64,000 bases of DNA from Octopus vulgaris (GCA_951406725.2 OX597815.1:159154001-159218000), one strand, 5' to 3'; numbered from the stretch's first letter, positions 23,681-38,482 are shown. The notes: generated by a model from the sequence alone, not told the origin. Numbers and translations: made by a program.

Positions 23681-25230
23681 TATTTTGAAATAATCATGTA
23701 TCAGCTTGTAGCTTCAAAGTTTCAATGATGTGAAAGTTCATTTTTAGAATATTATAAATTAGCTGTGAGGGTCCGGGTGTGGTTGGTTTGAACATAAACA
23801 TGAAGAATATTTGGGCATGATAAGGCTATTATAATTTATCATTTTAGACAGAGGCTGAATCCACCTCAAAGTCATTTGCAAAATTGAGATTAAGAGGTCT
23901 TCCAGTTTAATTTATCTAATATTCCAAAAAGATTTGCTTAGCAAAAAGCTTGATAAATTTCAAGATTAATTGTCATAAATAATGAAATAGCTAACATCTG
24001 GATTATGAACAATCTTGAAATTATTTTCAATAATGGAACAAATTTCAAATGCTTCCCAAATGAAGTATAAAAAAGAAAATATTCCAGACTGATTTCTCTA
24101 CAAGAGAAATGGCAAACTACAAAAAATTCAATTCAAATATTTCTGACTCTTCATTTCCTAAAAATTTTGTAATGTAATGCCCAACCACTTACTGTTTGGG
24201 TGGCCATTATGAACCAATAAGAGCACTTTAGTGGAAGTGTGAAGCCCACCAGCTAAGAAGAAGGATAGTTTCATGAAATCAATGAGACACAAGCAAGTAA
24301 ACCAGATTGTGAGATGAAAAGACTCATGTCACAGTGGATAAAGCAACAAATTAATTATGGGGCATCTTAAAGAAGAAAGGGAAAAAAAAATTCTGGATGT
24401 ATTTTTGTTTAATATATCCATTAGATTCAGGAATGACCATTTGTTCCTATATTAAATATAAGCACATGATTCAACATGGCTTGCTAAAAAAAAAAAAAAA
24501 AAAAAAAAAAAATTCCTTTTTTCAATTAACTTCCTACCAAACATTAAATAAGTTGAAATATAATATTTGGTCCCATGATATTCATTCGGAGACACACAGC
24601 TGTATTTGTGTGAGAATGGGTTTTGTTTCAACGATTAGGTTTAAAAAGGAATTAAACTTTAAAAACATATACTATATATATATTCATGAGATTTCATGAT
24701 GTTTTTTTTTTTATAAATAATTGATCAAAAGGCAGAAAAGAACCTTGGAAAATATAATGAATAGTTTTTACTAACAGATATCAACTATTGCTAACTTAGT
24801 TATATGATTCAGAATAATATAACCTGTTAGGTAATGCAGAAGGTAACACAACGAATAAGACAATTCTGATTTAGTTGCCGAATATGATTTAGCATTCTTT
24901 GTTGCTTCAAGATTTTGATGACATGATTGTGTATTTTAAGCATTCAGGATTGCTCTGTCAAACGTAATGCTTATTTATTCACATTGTTTTGAATTTAATC
25001 GTGTAACTTTGAGATTTTGATGGCATGATTGTGTATTTTTAGAATGATATTGTAAGATAGATGGGAGAGGTCTGCATCTGGCCGGTTTGAATGTAAAATA
25101 GGTAGAATATTTGGGCTGGGTATGGCCGTAACCCATTAGCACTTGAATTATTCTGCAAAATGTAATTTTTTATTCATTCACATTGTTTTGAATTAATCCT
25201 GTATTATCTTCCAACTTTGAGATTTTGAAG

Positions 25231-25497
25231 CTGTCATCATCATCACCATCATCGTTTAACGTCTGTTTTCCGCGCTAGCATGGGTTGGACGGTTCGACCG
25301 GGGTCTGGGGAGCCAGGGGCTGCACCAGGCTCCAGTCTGATCTGGCAGTGTTTCTACAGCTGGATGCCCTACCGAACGCCAACCACTCAGCGAGTGTAGT
25401 GGGTGCTTTTTACGTGCCACCTGCACAGGTGCCAGAGGGGTCTGGCATCAGCCACGATCGGTTGGTGCTTTTTATGTGCCACCGGCTGACAATCCTG
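25231..25497 (-). mobile_element. 5'-truncated RTE 3'-UTR copy with (GAT)n tail, flanked by ~205-bp direct repeats
   Basis: Reverse complement of the 59000-59224 RTE tail. Similar tails at ~7740-8003, 26110-26440, 45270-46395 and 52860-53012. Confidence 0.8.
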
Positions 25498-27031
25498 TGA
25501 TTGTTTAATTTTAGAATGACATTGTAAGATAGATGGGAGAGGCTGCATCTGGCCGGTTTGAATGTAAAATAGGTAGAATATTTGGGCTGGGTATGGCCTT
25601 AACCCATTAGCACTTGAATTATTCTGCAAAATGTAATTTTTTATTCATTCACATTGTTTTGAATTAATCCTGCATTATCTTCCAACTTTGAGATTTTGAA
25701 GGGGTGATTGTTTATTTTTAGAATGACTTTGTAAGATAGATGTGAGAGTCTCGATCTGGTTGGTTTGAACATAAAACCAGTAAAATATCCAGGCCAGATA
25801 TGGCCAGTTTAAATGCCAAAGGTTACATACTGAAGGATCAAACAAACTTATAATCTAAGCAGTTCAAGTTGTGACCATCACATCATTTTATTAGCCTATG
25901 TATGTCTATGGATACATTAACCAATATTTCTGTTTCTTCTTTTTTTCTTAAAGATGATCAAGAAAAGGATGAAACTGAGGGAAATTGTGTTGCTATATGC
26001 ACCAGTCGGGGTAAATATGTGGAGGCTTGTTATCTTGTTTTGATTAATCTTTAATATTTTACATATTTCAATTCTTAGACTATGATCATGCTGGAGTTTT
26101 TAATTATCAAATCATCATCATTGTTTTAACATCCGCTTTCCATGCTGGCATGGGTTGGGCGGTTTGACTGGGGACTGGTGAGCCAGATGGCTGCACTAGG
26201 CTCCAATCTGATCTGGCAGAATTTCTACAGCTGGATGCCCTTCTTAATGCCAACCACTCCGAGAATGTAGTGGGTGCTTTTACGTGCCACTGGCATGAGG
26301 GCCAGTCAGGTTGTACTGGCAACGGCTATGCTCAAATGGTGCTTTTACATGTCACCTGCACAGGAGCCAGTCAAGTGGCACTGGCAACACCCTCGCTCGA
26401 ATGTTGTTTTTCATGTACCACTGGCACAAGTGTCAGTAAGGCTACACAAGGATGCTATGAATGGCCGTAAATGTGAAATAGCAACAACAAATGACAAATG
26501 AATGCCTTTATGGAGACAGGCTGAAAATTTGAAAGAAAATCAGGCAAAAACAGCAGAGTCTATCTGGTCACTGTGTGCATCACCCTCAACTTGTAGCTTC
26601 CAAATTAGTCAAGTGGAACCCACTTAATGGTGATGTAAGAAGAGGAAAATATCATCACACTTACTTTAACAACTAGATTGCAGACACTGGCCTGGAATGT
26701 ATCCAGGATCTCAAGATAGTGATGTTGGACTGAGAAGTGTGATGAGTAGACTTTGATGTTGTGACCCAGGTAGGAACCCAGCCATAACAATAATAATCCT
26801 TTCTACTATAGGCACAAGGTCTAAAATTTGAGGGAGTGGAGGATAGTTAATTGCAACGGCCTCAGTACACAACTGGTACTTATTTTATCAACCATGAAAG
26901 GATGAACGGCAAAGTCAACCTCGGCAGAATTTGAACTTGGAACACACAGACGAATGAAATGCTGCTAAGCATTTCACCCAGTGCGCTAAAGATTCTGCCA
27001 TCTCGCCACCATAATGATGATGATGATGATG

Positions 27032-27061
<30 letters not shown>

Positions 27062-27066
<5 letters not shown>

Positions 27067-27163
27067 CATTAGAGCATCACAACAAATCACAGCACATACC
27101 CAAGGCACACAGAGCTGCGCTCGGTAGTGAAGTGAAAGCACACTATAAAAATAAAACTACTGA
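27062..27163 (+). mobile_element. Dong/R4-type LINE 3' UTR fragment in (TAA)n
   Basis: Homologous to the 3' UTR at 54052-54137, which follows an R4-like C-terminus; embedded in (AAT)n. Confidence 0.65.
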
Positions 27164-27862
27164 ATAATAATAATAATAATAATAATAATGCTTGGGTACC
27201 ACTGGGAACAGTTTAGTTGAACAAAGTGATACCAATACTTATTTTTTAAGTTAGGTTACTTAGTTACAGGGATGTAAATAAGCCAACATAAGTTGTCGGG
27301 TGTGGTAGTGGTGGACAAACACAAAGACACACACACACACAAGACTGGCTTCCACACAGTTTCTGTCTACCAAAATTCACGCACAAAGCATTGGTCAGCC
27401 AGCAGCTTATGTAGAACATACTTACCCAAGGTACCATGCAATGGGACAGAACCCAAAACCACATGGTTGCAAAGCAAGCTTCTCCTCCACACAGCCATGT
27501 CAGTGCCTGCCAATGTTCTTTAAAAAAAAGATCAACTGCAGAGTATTTTTCTCAAAAGAGCTGAACTGTAAATATAAACCCTTAACAATGTTTTCCGGTA
27601 GAATACGAAAACCATCTCTTTAAATTCGGGGTAAGCAGGTACCTTTTCTAACATTAGTGGCTTCCCTTATTTTAATATCTTTATCAGTTCTTATATACCA
27701 ACTTACACTATTTTATTCATAGCTTCTTTATTGTCTCTTCATTTACCATATTTTATTGCTGCCAGTTCTTCTATCATCTCACTGTATTTCAACAGAGTTC
27801 TTATTAATTATTTTATTGTCATATTATGTTTTCTGCCTTAAATATTGTATCCACACACAAAC

Positions 27863-27898
<36 letters not shown>

Positions 27899-28448
27899 TT
27901 GTATGGCTTAAATGCCCATCTCTACTTTCTTGCATAGAAATGGCATATTGGTGCCATGTAAAACAGGTTGCCTGCCTTGCAGCTTGCTGAGTCCATGTTT
28001 TACTGCTCCTTCCTTCACACACATACAAACTCACATATTAAGGAAGAGAGGGGGAAGAGAGAGAGAGGAAGCGAGAGCGATAAAGGACAAATAGATAGAG
28101 AGACAGAGAGGGAAAGAGAGAGAGAATAATGTTTTATAATAGTTGAACACAGTTTGGAATATTCACACACAAACACACACAAACACACATATATATACAC
28201 ACACACAGACATAGATACATAGATATATATGTTGTGAAAACAAAAGTGTAACTTAGTTACAGAGAAGACGCTGCAGCTGTCCAATTAGAAGTTAGTTAGA
28301 AAAATGGTGCCAAGTTTTAAGTGAATGATATGAACTTTGAGAGGAACTGTAGCCAGTTTAAGAACCTATCAACAAGACATAACCACAAGTGAGGACCTTA
28401 CACAAAGTGTAATTGATAACTAGATAGCTTCGTAGACAGACAGGCATA

Positions 28449-28509
<61 letters not shown>

Positions 28510-29671
28510 CTAAAAACAGAGGGAAAGACGAAACACGAGTGATAGTGAATATGGTGAAAGAGAGAGAGAGGTGTCTTACAGCCTAGTTTTCGTAAGTCAA
28601 GAGATATTAGGAAACCATTTAATTCTGTTGTTCGCTAATTAGCAATACCAGACACCTGAAATGACTGTTTCTCTTCGGTGCAAGTAAAGTTCGGGATGTG
28701 GGCGGAAAAAGGGGGTTTCAGGGTGTTGGGCGGAGTAAGTTGGCATGTTCTTACTCCTATCAGGTGTAATTAGAAAGGAAGTCTTGTTGTCAGCAATAAA
28801 AAGCCGTAGCACAGTTCCTGCACAAGCCTCCTGCAAATCTTTTGCTCTGTGCAGAGCCAATTTAAAATGTTAGTATAATTGCCATTATCAAATGCTATCA
28901 AAGTTGGTTATGAAGTGACTTGTCATCGTTGGGAAAGTGTGGGAAGCAGGGGAAAGAGAGGGAAGTGAAAGAGAGAGAGAGGGAGTGAGAGAGAGAGAGA
29001 GAGAGTAAGAGAGAAAGAGTAAGAGATAGGGAGATGAAGAATGGGGGAAAGGCACCAGCTCTCTCACAAACAATTGATAACTACTCGCAAGTAAGAGTTT
29101 GGCAAGGAATGAAGGAGCCATTAGAACTAGTACGGCGAAAGTTAATAATACCTGCAGGGTGGTTGTCAGTTGGCAGGATTTGAAAATAAGTAGGGAGAAA
29201 TGCGAATAAAAGGATAGATTTGAAGAGGCACGAACTGGACATGTCAGGGCATCATAACATAAAATATGATTAACTCAAATCTTTCCGAACCTAAGTAGAC
29301 TTGGGAGAGAATGAAAGACATCATGGAAATTACAATGTCTGCGATAAAACTGTTAAGATTACATACACAGACACACATAAGCACATCCGTCCATCCATAC
29401 ATACATACGTACACTGCCACCAAAGTGCACTGAACAAATGAGAAAAGAGTGCTCAATAGAGTATATGTCAATAGGAGATATGTCTTACTAAACATACATG
29501 CTTATTTCCTGACATGTGTTCCACACTACTTTCATCTTCTTGTGAGAATGTGCTCGTGCACACACACATATATACTCATGTATATGTATGTAAGTATATA
29601 TATACATACATATATATGTATGTAAGTATATATATACATACATATATATATATTTATATATATATATACAT

Positions 29672-29730
<59 letters not shown>

Positions 29731-29813
29731 CATACATACATATACATTATATATATATATATATGTATATATATACATACACACACACACACACACACAT
29801 ATATATATGAATG

Positions 29814-30508
29814 AAGTGTCAGTGCTAAGTAGTGTGTAAGTATGAGCAGAATTATATAAGACGGAACATGTTTGTCACATATTTCAACTGCTAAAAGGTA
29901 AATACAGTGCAGTTACAGTGGAGAATAAATCTCTCCTATGGTAGAAAAGTGTGAAAGCACCCTGTTTGTTCAGTGTCACCATCTATAGGAAAGAGCCAAT
30001 AAACTCGAAACATGGAAATCTGGGATTCCAAATAAATAACAACACTGATCAAACAGGGTGTTTTCACACCATTTTACGATAAGAGAAATCTATTCTCTAC
30101 GGTAACTGCAGCGTACTTGTCTTTTAGCAGTAGAAATATGTGATAAACATATTTCAACTTAACCTAATTCTGCTCATACTTACACACTGCATAGCACTAA
30201 CACTTTGTTATTTACCTAGGTTGGGCGATGTACTTGCGCATATCAGTCAACGTGTTGACTGAATTATATTATATAGCTTATGGCTTTATTAAGTTGGTTT
30301 AGAGTTGCCTCACTTAGGTACATCTCTTTGATAAGAGTCAATACACTCGAAGCATCGATGTCTGGGTTTCCTAATAGATGGCGACACTGAATGAACAAGG
30401 CATTTCCATACCATTTTACTATAAGAGAAGTTTATTCTCCACGGTAACTACAATTGCCTTTTAATTGTTGAAATATATGACAAACATATTTCAAATTACC
30501 TAATTCTG
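29814..30508. repeat. Foldback element: ~160-bp inverted arms plus a third arm copy
   Basis: 29814-29976 is the diverged reverse complement of 30040-30205; 30370-30508 repeats the right arm. Confidence 0.8.
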
Positions 30509-30578
30509 GTTATTTATTTATATATCTATATCTATATCTATATATATATCTATATATATATATATATATATATATATG

Positions 30579-30870
30579 GTGGAGGCGCAATGGCCCAGTG
30601 GTTAGGGCAGTGAACTCGCGGTCGTAGGATTGCAGTTTCAATTCCCAGACCGGGCATTGTGAGTGTTTATTGAGTGAAATCACCTAAAGCTCCATAAGTC
30701 TCTGGTAGGGGGTGGTAGCGATCCCTGCTGTACTCTTTCGCCACAACTTTCTCTCACTCTTGCTTCTGTTGGGCTGCTCGCTTAGCCAGTGTGTGTGTGT
30801 GTGGGGGGGCGTCATTTGAAGGCTAAAACAATGTGAAGTGTATAGTGACCAGCAATGTGTAGTAACATCT
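30579..30870 (+). mobile_element. tRNA-derived SINE family D
   Basis: GGAGGCGCAATGGCCCAGTGGTTAGGG...GTTTCAATTCCC A/B-box-like head followed by a non-tRNA body. Confidence 0.7.
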
Positions 30871-30970
30871 CACAATAAAAGGCATTTTCCTAAGGTGACA
30901 AATGACAGGACTGAACATAAAACCACATGGATGGGAAGCAAATCACTTAACCACACAACCATGCCTGCAC

Positions 30971-31010
30971 CTTCTTGGTCTTCTAGTTAAGATCAAAGTG
31001 AAGTATCAGT
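30971..31010 (+). pseudogene. U2 snRNA 5'-fragment pseudogene
   Basis: CTTCTTGGTCTTCTAGTTAAGATCAAAGTGAAGTATCAGT aligns without gaps to the U2 5' end as recalled (CTTCTCGGCCTTTTGGCTAAGATCAAAGTGTAGTATCTGT), with about 7 mismatches. Confidence 0.65.
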
Positions 31011-31254
31011 ATGACTGAATGTCTTACACAAACCCTCTGACAAAGTATTATGCTACATAGGTATGTGTAGTGCTTGCTTTTAATGTGCCGCTCATCAAAC
31101 ACTTCAGACTTTTAATGCCCCAACCCTTATCCTCTCATGATTCTATTGAATATTATGCTTTCTCAGATCTCCAATTAACACTAATTATCTCTTCATAACT
31201 ATAACCATAACTACAGATATATTACAGCCATATATATATATATATATATATATA

Positions 31255-31975
<721 letters not shown>

Positions 31976-33669
31976 ACTTACTGTCCTCTGCACACACAAG
32001 TAAAATATACATAAACACACTCACAATTCCCACCCCACCCTGCCAAAAACAAAATAATACTAAACAGGGTTTTATTTTTCGTTTACTTAAATAATAATAT
32101 AATTCACCAGCACAGAACTCAGTGACATATTAAAAAAAAAGTTATAGTTATGAGAAAGAATCCTGTTTGCTTTTTAGAGGAAAACATCTTGATTTAGGTT
32201 TTTTTTTAGGTTTGATTTCTTGCTCTGAGTTATCATAATAAGAAATGTTTTCATACTCTATTTTCACAAATTCACTTCAAAAAACAAGATGAGAGTTATA
32301 AAGCAGAAAAAAGCTGTGAGGCTGAAACTGTCTTCAAATTAAAGGACTTAGGATTTGTAGTTAGTGATCTGTAAACAGTTTTTCAATGATTTCCTTCATA
32401 ATATATAGCACGATAAACACCCCCGTCTCTCCCACAACGATCAGCTTGGAATTGCAGATCCAATACAGCTAGTTCCAGCTTAACCATTTAGCATTCAGAT
32501 TACTCTGTCAAATGTGAAGCTTATTTCTTCACATTGTTTTGAATTAATCATGCATTACATTGAAGCTAGGAGATTTCAATGATGTGATTGTTTACTTTTA
32601 GAATCACATTGTGGGGTTGACATGATAGGCCAGATCCGACCAGTTTGAACATAAAACAGCTGGAATATTTTGGCTGGATATGGCTGGTTTAAATGCTTAG
32701 GGTTTAAAGATTTCAATGAAGTGGTTGTTTATTCTTAGAATCACATTGCAGGGTAGGTGCGAGAGGCCAGCTCTGGCAAATTTGAACATAAAACAAATAA
32801 AATATTATGGTCAGATATGGTTAGTTTAAATGCTTAAGGTTTAAAGATTTTGATGATGTGTTTGTTTATTTTTAGAATCACATTGTAGGGTAGGTGTGAG
32901 AGGCCAACTCTGGCCAATATGATAATAAAACAGGTAGAGGTAATAATTACCCCCATTTAAACATGGTGTTGCATTAGAACAAACTACACTGTGGTAGTTA
33001 CCATGAGAGAAAAATTTCATATTGGCTTTTTAGTGCAAAATGCATTTTTTTTATATTGCTAGCAGTGAGGTAAATCCCAGCTATCTTTAGTGCTGAGACC
33101 ACCAAATCACATGATTTCGACCTTGTTTGGTCTTGTCAATGATGGACACTTGGCTGCTAGAGGCAGCAGCAATTCATCTCTCTGCCATCGATAGTTTGAC
33201 AGTGCCAGAACAGGCACTGGCGTTGCAGTTAGCTAGTAAGCTTATTAAAAAATATATATTAGTGACAGAAGCAGTGTTAATACAAAGAGGTAATATTTAT
33301 CCCCACTTCAATGTGGATGTTCTATTAGAACAAATGATACTGCTGTAGATACCATGAGAGAAATTCTCAGGTAGATTACTTGGACAGGATATAAATAGTA
33401 TAAATGATAAAAGGCTAAATGAAATGCCAATAGTCTGAACTGAATGCCAGTTTTGTTTATGAAAATATTCCAGCCCTACACTCATTGCTATTTACTGTTT
33501 TTTTATTTTATCCTTTAGACAGGAGGGAAAACAGACCATGGCTTCTGAACAGGGGCTCTGAAACTTGTTGGGAGGAAAGAGAAAGGGGACTTCAAATCAG
33601 AGACCTGATCTGAATGCTTGCAACAGAGTGTACCTCATTAAAGGCACCCACATTAAAGGTACCATGGTT

Positions 33670-34685
33670 AGTGACATTTTGTCTGTCTTTACATTCTGAG
33701 TTCAAATTCCACCGAAGTTGTCTTTGCTTTTCATCTTTTCAGGGTCAATAAAATAAGTACCAGTCAAGCACTAGGGCTGATGTAATTGACTAGTTCCCTC
33801 CCTCAAAATTATTAAAGAGGCAAAACTGGCAGAAGTGTCAGTGTACTCCTCAATGCTTGACTCGTACCTATTTTATTGACCCCGAAAGGATGAAAACAAA
33901 AGCAAAGACAACTTGAATTTGAACTCAGAATGTAAAGACAGACAAAATGCCACCAACCATTCTGTTCAATATGCTAACAATTCTGCCAGTTTAGCCACCT
34001 TAAGCCTTTTGATACCAACCTGCCTAGAACCAGCTCTGGCTCTGTAGTACAAATGTCTTGTTTTCAAAAGTTCTGAATTAAAATCTTCCACCAAACCTTA
34101 GTCACAAATTATGTTCCTAACACTAGCTTAATGATAATTAAGTTATTTTACCTAATTCATTGTTATATTTAAGATTAATTGAAAGAAACACAGAGCATCT
34201 CAATGGAAATATAATAACAAAAGGGTTAAGTAAACAAATTATAATTGTTTTATATGTTTGTACAAAGACCAGCAAGTTCAGAGAAGATAAGTCATTTACA
34301 TCAACCTAAGTGCTCAACTAGTCATTTTTTTTCTCAACCCTGAAAGATGAAAGTCAACCTTGGTGGAATTTGAATTCAGACTGCAAAGACAAAGTAAATG
34401 CTGCTAACCATTTTGTCCAGCATGCTAACAATTCTGCTAGTTTGCCACCTTAATTAAATAAATAATAATGATTTCAAATGTTGGCACAAAGGCCAGCAAT
34501 TTTGAGAGAGGAGGTAAGGTGATTACAGCAACCTCAGCACTCAACTGGCACTTATTTTTTTGAGCCTGAAAGGATGAAAGGCAAAGTGAACTTCAGCAGA
34601 ATTTGAACTCAGAACATTAAGATGCATGAAATGCCACTAAGCATTTTGTTCAGCATGCTAACGATTCCACCAGCTCACAACCTTA
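33670..34685. mobile_element. Cluster of about four SINE B copies with a TTAA-flanked MITE (34004-34225)
   Basis: Repeated GAAAGGATGAAAGGCAAAGT..GAATTTGAACTCAGAA units; TTAA|GCCTTTTG...CAAAAGGG|TTAA. Confidence 0.75.
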
Positions 34686-36115
34686 ATTAAATAAATAATA
34701 ATGATTTCTTTAGTTAATAATAAAAACAACAATAATAATTATATGCAATTTACAAATAGAGAAAACAGAGGCTGCAGAGAAGGAGTTTATAGAAGGACAG
34801 AAAAAAAAAAAAAATTTTTATGCGAAAAGGCAGTACAATACTCAAAGTAAAGAAACAAACAAAAAAATATAAACAAAATAATATAATTAGAATACTGAAA
34901 ATGTTGTGTTAGTATTGATGTTGCCATTGTCATCACTGTTACTGGTGATGTCAATGTTACAGAATGAAAATTGTCCAAAAGGAGTTTTAACAATACAAAC
35001 AATTGCACTGAGAAAGGAACTGATGTCCACTTAATGACGAGAGAGCATGCATGTATAAAACTGAATTCAGCACCAGACTAGCATCTCTCTCTCTCTCCTT
35101 TTAGATTCTTGTTATTGTTGAAAGGAGCAAAGAGGCAATGATGAGATAAACAAGCTGATTACGTCAAATTATCAATTGACTCATCCATCAAAGAGGAAAG
35201 TAATGACGGCATGAATAGATTTAAATTAATTTCAATGCAATCAGCTGGCTGTCCAAAAAGGTCACAGAGTACAAAAATGGAAGCCAACAATAATTAAAAC
35301 AAAATAAATAAAATATCAAAACATAGGTAGCAATAAAAGCAAAACTGTGTACAAACAATAATGCTGGTTTCAGTCGTAACATTTTCAATATAAAGATGTG
35401 TGTACAGACGTCATATTGTCTAAAGTATCCATTATTAGCAAAAACAGTAGAGTATAATTTGGTGGGGATTTGGTTGCTATTTCCAGCAGGGTCAGTGACA
35501 TTATAGAAGTGGAAACTATAAATAGACTCAGTCATTTATAACTTATAGTTACTTATATTTTAATCTTAGTTTACTATAGATCTGAACTACTCTTGATTGC
35601 TGACTGCTGCAGAAATGGTTGGCATTACCATAAAGACAGAGCATCTAATGTTTAGTTGACCAGCTAAAAATGCCAACCATATCTTTCTTAAACCACACCC
35701 ACATGATTACACAGCTACCTCAAAAAACAAAAATATCCTTATTTTACCAGCCTCTTTGCCATACTTACATGGGTCAGATAAAATTCGTTGAGGCAGATTT
35801 TCTTTCAACAAATAACTGTCTAAAAAGGACTAGAAGTATTCATTACACTACCAGTATATTAACTTTGTTTAACCATGGGCATACATATGCAAGCATATTA
35901 TGGTCATAAATTATAGGTAAAGACAAGGATAAACATGAGTTAATCAAGAATCAAAATTTAAAGAAGACAGGAAATGGAGAAATATCGATAAACAACGATT
36001 GACTCACATCAATTATTAATAATAATGTAAATAAATAACAACTGATGTAAGTCAATTGTTGTTCATTAATATTTTTCCATTTTCTGTCTTCTTTATATAT
36101 ATATATATTACGGAG

Positions 36116-36308
36116 ATGTACTCGCATAGCAAGTCATTTGATCTGAGAGCGTGTGCTGAAACGAAAACAATTGCAGCGTGGAAGGTGTTTATAAGCCATT
36201 TAAGAAACACACAAAAGCCGTTCGATTCACTTCAACATTTAAGTTTAATTTGTCAAAATATTTTCGTCGCTAAAATCCGCGACCTGTTCACTGACAAAAA
36301 TCCGTGCT
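36116..36308 (-). mobile_element. Short (TA)n-embedded element with a hammerhead-like fold
   Basis: Minus 36298-36249: TTTGTCA-GTGAACA-G-GTCGC(GGATTTTA)GCGAC-GAAA-ATAT-TT-TGACAAA. Confidence 0.55.
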
Positions 36309-36331
36309 ATATATATATATATATATATATA

Positions 36332-37173
36332 CAGAGGGTGCAGTGAATAAACTGTTGTCTTAATTACGCAAAAATGAAAATAACACTGACATCTCATTTT
36401 AACAGATATATTTACCAAAAATACATTAAAATATCTTGAAATACTAGACAGTAAATTTATTCAATAAAATTGCCATTGGCTTCAACCACGGCCTCCAGAC
36501 AACTTCAGAATCTCCTGCAACTCTTCTGGACGGTCTCCTTGTTTAAGTTGGTGAATGCTGACATAACCTTTGCTTTCAGTTTATATTTGGTGTTACAAGG
36601 AGTTTTGTTGGTCTTGCACTCAACTGCACCCCACACATAATAATTAAGGGGTTGCAGTCTGGGGAGTTAGGTGGCCAGATGTTAGGGGTGATGTGGTTAC
36701 AGAAATTGTCCGACAGCCATGACTGGGTTCTCCTGCGTGTGTGGCATGGTGCAGAGTCCTGTTGCCAGACATAGGATCTTCCAGCAGCTACCCTCTTAAC
36801 CCAGGGCAGCAAAACCTTCTCCAGGCACTTGATGTATGCCACCGTGTTGAGTCTGAGGCTGTGTAGGAAGATGTATGGAGACATAACGTTGCCATCACTC
36901 TAAACACCATGATGTTGACTGGATGTTTGAATTTTATCACTCTAGGTTCATGTTTGTATTGAAGCTTCCAGTGGAATTTCCGGCACAGATGCCAAGCAAT
37001 ACAGAATGTAATTTCCAGATTTCTGGCAGAGTGAATTACGTCATGGTGCTGTTTTTCTCACAGATGGTGCCCAACTGACCCTACTATACTGTGTAATTGA
37101 CAAAATCAAAAACAAACAATGCACATGTGCGAAATTAAAAACGTAAAATGGCAACAATTTACCCATCGCACCC

Positions 37174-37175
<2 letters not shown>
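36332..37175 (-). mobile_element. Internally deleted Tc1/mariner transposon, DD37D (maT) type
   Basis: Diverged TIRs (CAG.GGGTGC..TG..TAAA.TGTTG) in TA context. Transposase remnant WQQDSAPCH...WPPNSPDCNPL has 37 residues after the second D, then a frameshift to (N)YYVWGAVE...VVEANGNFIE*. Confidence 0.88.
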
Positions 37176-37214
<39 letters not shown>

Positions 37215-38078
37215 ACACACACATACAGATAGATACATGTGTGTGTGTGTGTGAATATATATATATATACACACATATGTATGTCTCACTGACACAAAGC
37301 AAAATTAAAGCTATTACCAAAGATACCACATATGTTATGAAAGCTCCCATCAATGTTAGAATTAGGTTAATATCTAAGACTTGTTAATAATAAGACTTTA
37401 TCTTTGGAATGAATCCTTGCAACTGCTGGGAATGGTACTATTGATAATCACCATATATATGACATGACATTTTGATAGTTCGAATTTAATATAAACCAAT
37501 AATTATTGCTAATTTTGGCACAGAGCCAACAATTTTGATGGGAGGGGGCAAATCAATTACATTGAACCCCAAAATTTGACTGGTACTTACATTATCAACC
37601 CTGAAATGATGAAAGGTAAAGTTGACTTTAGACACCACCACCACTTCAGAGTGAGTATGTGGTTCATTTTTTTGTAAATCAGTTGTTCTCATTTAATTGT
37701 ATACATTTTAATTGCTTGTTTATTGATACGTTTTGTCTCATTTGATGTTTTGTCTGTCTTCGTATCGTCCCCCCTTTTTCTCAACCTCATGGTTAATAAA
37801 GAAATTAACAGGAGAGAGAGAAAGAGAGAGAGGAGAGAGAGAGAGAAAGAGAGAGAGGAGGAGAGAGAGAAAGAGAGAGAGAGGGAGATGGAGACGGAGA
37901 AAGAAAGTAATGATGGTGATAATTGTTATGAGCAGTTATTACTATACATTAGCAGACAGAATACAGTGATACAGAGCTACATATATATATGTACACATGT
38001 ACATATATATACATACATACATACATATATACCCACATACATATATGCACACATGTACATATACATACATATATAAAT

Positions 38079-38465
38079 ACAGGCATGGCTGTGTGGTAAA
38101 AATCTTGCTTCCCAACCACATGATTCTAAGTTCAGTCCCAGTGTGTGGCACCTTGGGCAAGTGTCTTCTACTAAAGCCTTGGGCTGACCAAAGACTTGTG
38201 AGTGAATTTGGTAGACGGAAAGTAGAGAAGCCTATTGTGTGTGTGTGTGCATATGTATATACCTTCGTGTGTGTTTGCTGCCGCCATCACTGCTTGACAA
38301 CCAGTGTTGGTGTGGTTACATCCCCGTAATTTAGCAGTTTGGTAAAAGAGACCGATAAAATAAATACTACGACTTAAAAAAACAAAAATAAGCCCTGGGT
38401 TCAATTTGTTCAACTAAAACCCTTCATGGCTGCAATCAAATGACTGAGACAAGTAAAAGTAAAAG
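38079..38465 (+). mobile_element. SINE family A (diverged)
   Basis: Head, body and GTAAAA tail present. Confidence 0.8.
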
Positions 38466-38482
38466 TATATACATATATATAT

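Noticed and set aside
26540-26790. Possible exon or RT remnant (AGFLPGS..)
   Set aside because: Too degenerate, and truncated by a SINE.
28505-29360. Possible decayed PLE with CTGATAG plus GAGTAAG/CTTACTC hairpin
   Set aside because: The hammerhead geometry could not be completed and the protein similarity is too faint to support.
30579-30660. Possible tRNA gene
   Set aside because: A/B boxes are present but the acceptor and T stems do not pair and the sequence continues into a SINE body; the same applies to the other SINE heads.
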